A stretch of 64,000 nt of DNA from Acidimicrobiia bacterium (GTDB lineage Bacteria > Actinomycetota > Acidimicrobiia > Spongiisociales > ZC4RG35): assembly GCA_026002975.1 (NCBI GenBank), contig BPGJ01000008.1, positions 35,754 to 99,753 on the forward strand. The letters run 5' to 3'. Each line of letters starts with the position of its first letter. The first letter of the stretch is position 1. The notes below the pieces were generated by a model. It was not told the origin of the DNA and searched no databases. It saw only the letters and a list, made by a program, of their open reading frames with translations. A program made the position numbers and the translations under genes. Of this stretch, positions 54,539-62,138 are shown in pieces.

Positions 54539-55402
54539 GTGGCGCCCACCGAAACGGGATCGGCTTCGGCTCCGGCATCGTCCGCGAACCTGGGGCCGGG
54601 TTTCGACTGTCTGGCAGTCGCCCTCGAGCTGCGCTGCCGGGTCGAAGCAGTCCCGGCTGCCTCGTGGCGGGTGGAGCACGACGGCGACCAGCGGCACGAC
54701 GGTGCAACCGACGACGCCGTCCTGGCCGCCGCCCAACGGGCGGTCGGGGAGGACAGGCCGCTGCTGCTCCGGGTCGAGAACCAGATCCCGATCGGCCGGG
54801 GTCTGGGTTCCTCGGCGGCCGCCCACGCCGCCGGCGCGTTGGCCGCCTGGCGGGCGTACGGCCACGAACCGAGCCGCCTCCGACTGTTCGAACTGGTAGC
54901 CGGGATGGAGGGACATCCCGACAACGCAGCCGCCGCGGTGTACGGCGGGTTGGTCCTGGTAGCGGGCAGCGAACCACATCGGCTCCCTTGGAACCCGGTG
55001 TGGCGGCTGGTGTTGGCGGTACCCGACAGTCGGCTCCCCACCAACCACGCCCGGGCAGCCCTTCCCACCTCCTACCCGACCGAGGTGGTCGTCCGCTCGT
55101 TGGCCAGGACCGCAGCCCTGGTCGCCGGGCTGCTGACCGGGGACGCCGAGTTGTTGGCCGCCGCTTCCGGTGACGAGCTGCACGAGGAGCCCAGGCGTCG
55201 GATCAGGCCGGACGTGACGGAACTGGTCCAGGTAGCCCGCACTTCGGGGGCCGCCCACGCCGCCTGGTCGGGGGCGGGGCCGTCAGTGGTGGCCATGGTC
55301 GCAGCCGACCGGATCGACAAGGTGGTCGACGCCCTTCGACGGCACCTCGACGGTCGCGGTATCGTGTTGATCCCCGACGTGGCGACTGCGGGCGCCGAAT
55401 GA
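54539..55402 (+). CDS. thrB: homoserine kinase
   Basis: The N-terminus carries ..APASSANLGPGFD.. and the GHMP motif is IPIGRGLGSSAAA. Confidence 0.85.
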   Translation: MAPTETGSASAPASSANLGPGFDCLAVALELRCRVEAVPAASWRVEHDGDQRHDGATDDAVLAAAQRAVGEDRPLLLRVENQIPIGRGLGSSAAAHAAGALAAWRAYGHEPSRLRLFELVAGMEGHPDNAAAAVYGGLVLVAGSEPHRLPWNPVWRLVLAVPDSRLPTNHARAALPTSYPTEVVVRSLARTAALVAGLLTGDAELLAAASGDELHEEPRRRIRPDVTELVQVARTSGAAHAAWSGAGPSVVAMVAADRIDKVVDALRRHLDGRGIVLIPDVATAGAE

Positions 55403-55430
55403 CGTCGAGGAGTCGCTCGAGAGGAGTCCA

Positions 55431-55523
55431 ATGGGTTCTCTGATCAAGAAGCGCCGCAAGAAGATGTCCAAGCACAAGTATCGGAAGCGGCGCAAGGCCA
55501 ACCGTCACAAGAACAAGAAGTAG
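55431..55523 (+). CDS. 30S ribosomal protein bS22 (actinobacterial AURKAIP1/COX24-like peptide)
   Basis: This gene is not in the ORF track because it is too short. ATG 55431 follows GAGAGGAG. The translation is MGSLIKKRRKKMSKHKYRKRRKANRHKNKK*. Confidence 0.75.
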   Translation: MGSLIKKRRKKMSKHKYRKRRKANRHKNKK

Positions 55524-55550
55524 CCGCCGTCGGGTCGAGGGAGTCGCGGG

Positions 55551-56438
55551 ATGCTCGAGCTCCACGACCTTCGCAAGACCTACGGGACGGTCGTGGCTCT
55601 GGACGGCTGCTCCTTCCGGGTAGAGCCTGGCCGGATAACCGGGTTTCTCGGACCCAACGGCGCCGGGAAGACCACGACGATGCGCGCCATCTTCGGTCTG
55701 GTGTCCCTCGACGAGGGCACGGTGTTGTGGCAGGGCCGGCCGGTGGATCTCGCCACCCGGCTGCGTTTCGGCTACATGCCGGAAGAACGGGGTCTGTACC
55801 CGCGGATGAAGATCGCCGACCAACTGGTGTACCTGGGGCGGATCCACGGGATGGATGGCGCCGAAGCACGATCCGAAGCGGCCAGGTGGCTGAACGAGTT
55901 GGGGCTCGGCGACCGGGCCTCGGACCCGGTGGAGTCCCTGTCCCAGGGCAACCAGCAGAGGGTACAGCTCGCCGCGGCTCTCATCCACCGGCCCGACCTG
56001 GCCGTCCTCGACGAGCCGTTCTCCGGTTTGGACCCGATCGGAGTGGATCGACTGTCGGCCACTCTGGCCGCCGAAGCCGAACGGGGTGCCGCCGTGTTGT
56101 TCTCGAGCCATCAACTCGACCTGGTGGAGGACCTGTGTGACGACGTGGTGATCATCCACCGAGGCCGGGTGGTGGCGGAGGGACCGGTGGATCACATACG
56201 TGGGAGCTCCCCCCACCGGGTTCTCGAAATCGACGCCGACGGCTTCGACCCCGCGGCGATGGAACGGCGAGACGGGGTGGTGAAGGTGGAGAGGCGGGCC
56301 GGGGTGTGGCGGGTCTGGGTCCGATCCGACCTGGATATGGGAAGCCTGGTGGCGGCGGCCGGAGAAGCCTCCCAGGTGCGGCATCTCAGCTACGGACCGC
56401 CCCACCTGTCCGACGTCTTCCGGGAGCTGGTGGCATGA
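55551..56438 (+). CDS. ABC transporter ATP-binding protein (NatA-like)
   Basis: Motifs GPNGAGKTT, LSQGNQQRV, AVLDEPFSGLD and FSSHQL are present. Confidence 0.9.
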   Translation: MLELHDLRKTYGTVVALDGCSFRVEPGRITGFLGPNGAGKTTTMRAIFGLVSLDEGTVLWQGRPVDLATRLRFGYMPEERGLYPRMKIADQLVYLGRIHGMDGAEARSEAARWLNELGLGDRASDPVESLSQGNQQRVQLAAALIHRPDLAVLDEPFSGLDPIGVDRLSATLAAEAERGAAVLFSSHQLDLVEDLCDDVVIIHRGRVVAEGPVDHIRGSSPHRVLEIDADGFDPAAMERRDGVVKVERRAGVWRVWVRSDLDMGSLVAAAGEASQVRHLSYGPPHLSDVFRELVA

Positions 56439-57625
56439 ACCTGGCCCGGCCGTTCGGTCTGATCGTGCGACGTGAGATCGTGGAACGGGCACGAAGCCGG
56501 GCCTTCATCTGGTCGTCGGTGTTCACGATCCTCATAGTGTTGGCGGTGATCCTCGTGCCGGGCCTGCTGGGCGGACGCCCGGAGCAGGTCAGGATCGGAA
56601 CGGTGGGCGAAGGAAACGACCCGATCGTGGCGGCCGCGACCCGGATCGCCGAGGAGGACCCCGAAGCCGAGATCGAAGTCTCGGCGGTCCGGTTCGCCGA
56701 CGAAGAGGAGGCGCGACGGGCACTCGAGGAGGGAGACGTCGACCTGGTGCTCGTCGACGGGGTCCGCCTGCTGGTCCCGGCGGAGGGGTTCATGGGCGGA
56801 GGGAGCGGCGAACGCCTGGTGACCGCCGCCGCGACCGCGGTGGAGATCGACCGCCTGGCCGCGGCGGGGGAGGTGGACACGGTCCGACTCCTGGTGGAAG
56901 GTCCTCTCAGGCGGGAGGTCGTGGGCGAGGGTGAGCAGGGCGACCCGGGTCGGTTCGTGGTCGCCTACGGGGGTCTCGTGCTGATGTACGTGGCGGTGCT
57001 GACCTACGGGATGTGGACCCTGTCGGGAGTCACCGAGGAGAAGGCGAGCCGGGTGGTGGAGATACTCCTGGTGGCGGTCCCTCCCAGGCTGTTGCTGGCG
57101 GGGAAGGTGGTCGGGATCGGGTCGCTCGGACTCGCCCAGTTCACGGTGACGATCGGTGCCGCCCTGGTCGCGTTGCAGGCCACCTCCAGCTTCGAGCTGC
57201 CTGCGGTGTCGGTGGGTCAGGCGGTGATCCTCGTGCTTTGGTTCCTGCTCGGATACGCCCTGTACGCGGTCATGTTCGGCACTGCGGGAGCCCTGGTGTC
57301 CCGACCCGAGGACGCCCAGACCGCCGCCTTTCCGTTCACCGTGGTGGCGGTGTTGGGCTTCTTCGTCAGCTTCCAGGTGCTGGACGATCCGACCGGGCCG
57401 GTGGCGGTGGCGGGAACCCTGATCCCTCTCTCGGCTCCTTTCGTGGTTCCGATCCGTCATGCCATGGAAGCCATCCCGTTGTGGCAGTCGGTGGCGGCGG
57501 TGGTCTCGACGGTGGCGGTGATCCTCGGGCTGGTGAGATTGGGAGGGAGGGTGTACGCCGGGGGTCTGCTCAGGTATCGGGGCAGGGTCGGCTGGCGGGA
57601 GGCGTTCAGATCGGCCGAGTTCTGA
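56435..57625 (+). CDS. ABC-2 permease (NatB-like)
   Basis: ATG 56435 overlaps the ATPase stop (ATGA). The protein has an N-terminal TM helix, a long loop and a C-terminal TM bundle. Confidence 0.8.
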   Translation: MNLARPFGLIVRREIVERARSRAFIWSSVFTILIVLAVILVPGLLGGRPEQVRIGTVGEGNDPIVAAATRIAEEDPEAEIEVSAVRFADEEEARRALEEGDVDLVLVDGVRLLVPAEGFMGGGSGERLVTAAATAVEIDRLAAAGEVDTVRLLVEGPLRREVVGEGEQGDPGRFVVAYGGLVLMYVAVLTYGMWTLSGVTEEKASRVVEILLVAVPPRLLLAGKVVGIGSLGLAQFTVTIGAALVALQATSSFELPAVSVGQAVILVLWFLLGYALYAVMFGTAGALVSRPEDAQTAAFPFTVVAVLGFFVSFQVLDDPTGPVAVAGTLIPLSAPFVVPIRHAMEAIPLWQSVAAVVSTVAVILGLVRLGGRVYAGGLLRYRGRVGWREAFRSAEF

Positions 57626-57634
57626 ACGATCCGG

Positions 57635-58015
57635 TCACAGCCGGACCGCCACCGCGAAGATCGCCAGCGACACCAGGAGGATCGCCCCCTGGATCGCACC
57701 CCTGACGGCCGGGCTCTGGTCGCGGGCCGCGGCCTGATGCCAGAGGGCGAGTCCGGCCGCCAGCGCCACCAGCCCCACCTTCCACACCAGCACCGGAGAA
57801 CCCAGATGGTCGACGGCCTGCCACGCGCCGGTGAACGCCGCCACCCCGAGAGCCGTCCAGGAGACCGTCCCGAACCTGCGGGCCATCGCCTGGAGCATCT
57901 CCCGGGTGGCACCCGCCCGGCGGAGGGCCGGTACCAGCGCTCCCACCGTGATCAGCCCGCCCAGCCAGACCGAGGCCGCCACCAGGTGGAGCCAACGAAC
58001 CACGGCGTCCATCAC
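57635..58015 (-). CDS. CopD-like (copper resistance D domain) membrane protein
   Basis: ..VRWLHLVAASVWLGGLITVG.. is followed by three more helices. The start overlaps the upstream MBL stop. Confidence 0.55.
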   Translation of the reverse strand: MMDAVVRWLHLVAASVWLGGLITVGALVPALRRAGATREMLQAMARRFGTVSWTALGVAAFTGAWQAVDHLGSPVLVWKVGLVALAAGLALWHQAAARDQSPAVRGAIQGAILLVSLAIFAVAVRL

Positions 58016-58842
58016 GCCACCTGGACGGCGGTGCCCGGCACGAAGATCCGCTTCCTGTCGTCCATCTCGATGTATCCGATCCCCGGCGGCGGGTAGTGGC
58101 CCGCCGCGAACACCGTTCCGGTTCCCGTCACCTGCTCGAAGACACGCTCCCGGGTGCGGAGGGCCTGAGCGGGATCCAGGTCGAACACCGACACCCAGTC
58201 GGGGTGGGGGATCTGGTTGGGATGGTGGGACACGTCCCCCGCGATGAAGGTGCGGGTCCCCTGGGAGGTGACCACGACCGAGACGTGACCCGGAGTGTGG
58301 CCGGGCGTCTCCACCAGCCTCACCCCCGGCGCCACGTCGGTCTCCCCGTCTACGGGTTCCACCTGCCCGGCGTCGATCAGAGGCTGCATCACCCCTTGCA
58401 CGGCAGGAGCGGCAGGAACCGTCGACTCGTGGAGCCAGAAGTCGAGCTCGGTTCGATGCACCCGGAACTCGGCGTTGGGAAAGAGAGGGCTCCCGTTGGG
58501 GGTCAGATTGCCGCCGCAGTGGTCCACGTGGAGGTGGGTGTGGACCACCACCTGAACGTCGTCGGGTCGCACACCGATCATCGCCAGGGCCTGGGGAAGC
58601 TGCCCGGCCACCGCCTGACGGTCGCCGGGGAGGCTCGCGGCCAGCGGCCCCATCCCGGTGTCGACCAGCACCGTCCGGGACCCGTCAGTGAGGAGGAAAC
58701 AGCCCCAGGTGACTCGGAGCATCCCATCGATGAGGTCGCCCGGCGGCCACAGGTCGGGCTCGACGTCGGGGAACACCTCGGCGGGATGCCGCATGATCCA
58801 CCCATCCTCGATGGCGTACAGGGTGTACGCCCCGCAGTTCAT
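58012..58842 (-). CDS. MBL-fold metallo-hydrolase (lactonase-like subgroup)
   Basis: ATG 58842. HTHLHVDHCGG and ..TPGHTPGH.. are present. The ORF-track start at 59364 is an antisense artefact. Confidence 0.8.
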   Translation of the reverse strand: MNCGAYTLYAIEDGWIMRHPAEVFPDVEPDLWPPGDLIDGMLRVTWGCFLLTDGSRTVLVDTGMGPLAASLPGDRQAVAGQLPQALAMIGVRPDDVQVVVHTHLHVDHCGGNLTPNGSPLFPNAEFRVHRTELDFWLHESTVPAAPAVQGVMQPLIDAGQVEPVDGETDVAPGVRLVETPGHTPGHVSVVVTSQGTRTFIAGDVSHHPNQIPHPDWVSVFDLDPAQALRTRERVFEQVTGTGTVFAAGHYPPPGIGYIEMDDRKRIFVPGTAVQVA

Positions 58843-58909
58843 CGACCAGATCACGGTGCGGCATCTTACGACTCCGCGTGCCATGCTCGGACCAGACCAG
58901 GAGGCCACG

Positions 58910-60319
58910 GTGAGCGTCGAATACACCAACGTCGGACGAGCAGCAGTGATCACCATCGACCGTCCCGAGCGACGCAACGCGGTGGATCGGGCCACCGCCC
59001 AAGCGATGGGTGAGGCGTGGCGGCGATTCGAGGAGGACGACTCCGCCAGGGTGGGGATCCTCACCGGCGAGGGAGGACACTTCTCGGCGGGGGCCGACCT
59101 GAAAGCCTTCGACCTGGTCGACACGCCCGACGGATTCCTCGGATTCACCCGAATGTGGGTGTCGAAACCGACGATCGCGGCGGTGGAAGGAGCCTGTGTG
59201 GCGGGCGGCCTGGAGATGGCGTTGTGGTGCGACCTGCGAGTGGCGGGCCGTTCCTCCTTCTTCGGATGTCTGGAGCGGCGGTTCGGCGTGCCGCTGGTCG
59301 ACGGGGGAACCCAGCGGCTGCCCCGCATGGTCGGTCTGGGACGGGCTCTCGATCTGATCCTCACCGGCAGGAAGGTCGATGCCGAGGAGGCACGGGCGAT
59401 CGGGCTGGTGGACCGACTGGTCGACGACGGCCGGGCCCTCGCCGCCGCCTTGGAGTTGGCCGAACTGATCGCCTCGTATCCACAGGAGACGGTGCGGAGC
59501 GACCGGGAGGCGGTGTTGCGGGGAGTGGGTGTGCCCTTGTCGGACGGACTCGAACTCGAACGTCAGCTGGGGAGTCGGGTCCTCGACGTCGCGGTCGGCG
59601 GGGCCCGCCGCTTCGCGGCCGGGGAGGGTCGCCACGGGGCTGCTCTCACCACCCAGCCGGAGACGGCGACCCGGGACACCCCGGTGAGGTCGTCCCCGGT
59701 GCGGGCCCGGCCCGGTCTGTTGATCATCCACGACCGGTGGGGGCTCACCCGGTCGGTGCGCCAAGCCGCCGAGTACCTGGAAGACCAGGGATACGTCGTG
59801 TCGGTCCCCGACCTGTTTCGAGGTGAGGTGCCGGGCAGCGCCCCGCAGGCCGACCGGCTGGTCGCGGAACTCCACCCCGACGAAGCCACCAGGCTCCTCC
59901 TCGAGGCAGCCGACGAACTGGTGACCGACCCCCGTCTCACCGTGCCCCGCATAGGGGTCGTCGGGTTGGGAATGGGGGGTGGTCTGGCTCTCTGGGTGGC
60001 CTGCCTCCACCCGAGGGTGGCCGCCTGCGTGGTCTTCGGTCCCTACCAGCCGTTCAGCCGGGATCCCGACTACGGAAAGACCCGGGCTGCTTTCCTCGGC
60101 CATTTCGGAGCCGAAGATCCGAGGGCGGGTGAGCGGCAGGCCTACTCGCTCGAATCGACTCTCCGGGACCTGGGTCTCGACGCCACCTTCGAGGTCTACC
60201 GTGGAGCCGGGCAGGGTTTCTGGGATCCGGGGCGACCCGAGAGTTTCAAACAGGAGGCGGCGCGCACCGCCTGGGAGCGGACCTTGTCCTTCCTCGACAG
60301 GACGCTCCAACGCGACTGA
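58910..60319 (+). CDS. enoyl-CoA hydratase/isomerase (crotonase) fused to a dienelactone-hydrolase-like alpha/beta domain
   Basis: GTG 58910 follows AGGAGG. The crotonase motifs are ITIDRPERRNA, GGHFSAGADLK and AAVEGACVAGGLEMAL. After about residue 270 a DLH-like domain begins (LLIIHDRWGL..., VVGLGMGGGLAL, ..YRGAGQGFW..). Confidence 0.8.
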   Translation: MSVEYTNVGRAAVITIDRPERRNAVDRATAQAMGEAWRRFEEDDSARVGILTGEGGHFSAGADLKAFDLVDTPDGFLGFTRMWVSKPTIAAVEGACVAGGLEMALWCDLRVAGRSSFFGCLERRFGVPLVDGGTQRLPRMVGLGRALDLILTGRKVDAEEARAIGLVDRLVDDGRALAAALELAELIASYPQETVRSDREAVLRGVGVPLSDGLELERQLGSRVLDVAVGGARRFAAGEGRHGAALTTQPETATRDTPVRSSPVRARPGLLIIHDRWGLTRSVRQAAEYLEDQGYVVSVPDLFRGEVPGSAPQADRLVAELHPDEATRLLLEAADELVTDPRLTVPRIGVVGLGMGGGLALWVACLHPRVAACVVFGPYQPFSRDPDYGKTRAAFLGHFGAEDPRAGERQAYSLESTLRDLGLDATFEVYRGAGQGFWDPGRPESFKQEAARTAWERTLSFLDRTLQRD

Positions 60320-60357
60320 GTCCCCGGCCACCTCGGCGGTGAGTACGCTGACACGAC

Positions 60358-61185
60358 ATGACCCGCGTCAGATGGGATGAGAGGCCCGGACTGGTCCACC
60401 CGGTGGGGGTGGTCGCCTTCGAAGGCTGGGGAGACGCGGGACGGGCCTCCAGTTCGGTGATCGACCACCTGCTCGACCTCTACGACGGAGAGAGGATCGC
60501 CTGGATCGAAGGGGACGACCTGTGCGACTACCAGGACCGCCGGCCGCTGGTCGAGCTGGAACCCGACGGCAGCCGCCGAATCGTGTGGCCCGACGTCGAG
60601 ATCTACCGCCTCGAGGTGGACGGCAGAGACGTGGTGGCGGTGGTGGGCCCTGAGCCCCACACCCGGTGGCGTTCCTTCGTCGGTGAGCTGATCCAGGTCT
60701 TCCGGGAGCTGGGTGTGGTCAGGGTCGCCACCCTGGGCGCGTTCATCGGGCAGGTGCCGCACACCCTGCCCGTGCCGCTGGTGGGGACCGCCAGCACGTC
60801 GGAGATGCTGGAACGTCACGGCATTCTGCGGTCCAACTACGAAGGGCCCACCGGGATCGTGGGTGTGCTCACCCAGGCCCTGATCGCCGACGGAATACCC
60901 ACCGTGAGCATCTGGGCGGCGGTGCCCCACTACGTGTCCACCCACGAATACCCTCCGGCCGCTCTGGCTCTGCTGCGGAAGGCAGCCGAGGTGCTCGAAC
61001 TGACCGTCGATCTGTCCGATCTGACCCTGGAGGTCGACGAGTTCCGGGCCGAGCTCGACAGCGCGCTGGACGACCCCGAGCTCCGCTCCTACGTGAAGGA
61101 GCTGGAAGCCGACTCACTGGGAGTCGACACCGACCCGGGGGAGAGGCTCGTCCAGGAGATCGAACGGTTCCTCAGGGAGGGATGA
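60358..61185 (+). CDS. PAC2 (proteasome assembly chaperone 2-like) family protein
   Basis: ..VVAFEGWGDAGRASS.., ..VVAVVGPEPHTRW.. and ..NYEGPTGIVGVL.. are present. Confidence 0.8.
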   Translation: MTRVRWDERPGLVHPVGVVAFEGWGDAGRASSSVIDHLLDLYDGERIAWIEGDDLCDYQDRRPLVELEPDGSRRIVWPDVEIYRLEVDGRDVVAVVGPEPHTRWRSFVGELIQVFRELGVVRVATLGAFIGQVPHTLPVPLVGTASTSEMLERHGILRSNYEGPTGIVGVLTQALIADGIPTVSIWAAVPHYVSTHEYPPAALALLRKAAEVLELTVDLSDLTLEVDEFRAELDSALDDPELRSYVKELEADSLGVDTDPGERLVQEIERFLREG

Positions 61186-61667
61186 TCCAAGTGGAAGTCA
61201 CCGTGGTGGTGGAGATCCCTCGGGGCAGCCGGAACAAGTACGAGATGGATCCGGAGACCGGTTTCATCTATCTCGACCGGATGTTGTTCACCGCCACCCG
61301 TTATCCGGCCGACTACGGCTTCATACCGGACACGGTGGCAGAGGACGGCGACCCCTTGGACGCTCTGGTCCTGGTCGCCGAACCCACCTTTCCCGGATGC
61401 CGCATCCGGGTTAGACCCATCGGGGTGTTCCTGATGGAAGACGAGGGCAAACCCGACCACAAGGTGATAGGGGTGCCGGCGGGGGATCCACGCTGGGAGG
61501 CGGTCCGTGATGTGGCCGACCTCGATCCCCATCTGACCCGTGAGCTGGAGCACTTCTTCAGGGTCTACAAGGAGTTGGAGGACAAGAAGACCGCCACGCT
61601 GGGTTGGCGGGGCCTATCGGAGGCCGAGCGGGTCATCTCCGAGGCACACCGACGGAGCCCTCCATAG
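61182..61667 (+). CDS. ppa: inorganic pyrophosphatase (family I)
   Basis: VVEIPRGSRNKYEMD, ..YPADYGFIPDT...DGDPLDALV.. and ..DHKVI.. are present. Confidence 0.9.
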   Translation: MIQVEVTVVVEIPRGSRNKYEMDPETGFIYLDRMLFTATRYPADYGFIPDTVAEDGDPLDALVLVAEPTFPGCRIRVRPIGVFLMEDEGKPDHKVIGVPAGDPRWEAVRDVADLDPHLTRELEHFFRVYKELEDKKTATLGWRGLSEAERVISEAHRRSPP

Positions 61668-61670
61668 ACC

Positions 61671-61697
61671 GAGGCCCCGGCTCGGAGCCGGGGCCTC
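61671..61697. terminator. GC-rich 12-bp perfect hairpin between convergent ppa and the small zinc-ribbon gene
   Basis: GAGGCCCCGGCT-cgg-AGCCGGGGCCTC. There is no U-tract, so it is I-shaped. Confidence 0.55.
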
Positions 61698-61784
61698 TCC
61701 CGTGGGCGTCGCAGCGTCGGGGGAGGGGGGAGAGAACCTGAGACCGCAACGCCCCGGTGACCTATTCAACGTTTTCGGGGACGA

Positions 61785-61979
61785 TCACGTTCCCTCGGGG
61801 ATCACCCGACCCCTGACTCGGGGATACCTCACCGGCGCGTGCGCGTGGCAATACTCCCGCCGGTTGTACCGGCTGAGTTTGGTGTTGCAACCAGGCTTGG
61901 CGCAGACCCTTCCCTCCCCGTATTCCTTGGAGGGACGGGTCACCCCCTTGATGCTGCGTCCCTTGACGATTTCAGACAT
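61785..61979 (-). CDS. small basic CxxC...CxH zinc-ribbon-like protein (hypothetical)
   Basis: MSEIVKGRSIKGVTRPSKEYGEGRVCAKPGCNTKLSRYNRREYCHAHAP.. 64 aa. Confidence 0.5.
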   Translation of the reverse strand: MSEIVKGRSIKGVTRPSKEYGEGRVCAKPGCNTKLSRYNRREYCHAHAPVRYPRVRGRVIPEGT

Positions 61980-62138
61980 GATCTGGCCTCCTTGGGCCCT
62001 TTCACCGGTATCAACGCCGGCCGGCCCGTCGGTGTTCCCGATCTTGCCCCCGCAGGTGTAAAGCGGGGGTCAAAGTTCGGTTACGAAAGTTGGACGTCGG
62101 CGACCCCCGACGGGTTCCGATCCGAGCAGGTCTCGCCG

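Noticed and set aside
51126-58842. A quorum-quenching pair formed by the AHL-acylase-family gene and the lactonase-like MBL hydrolase.
   Set aside because: The two genes are 4.6 kb apart and on opposite strands. Unrelated housekeeping genes (phzF-like, thrB, bS22, natAB) lie between them. Both families are broad and substrate cannot be inferred.
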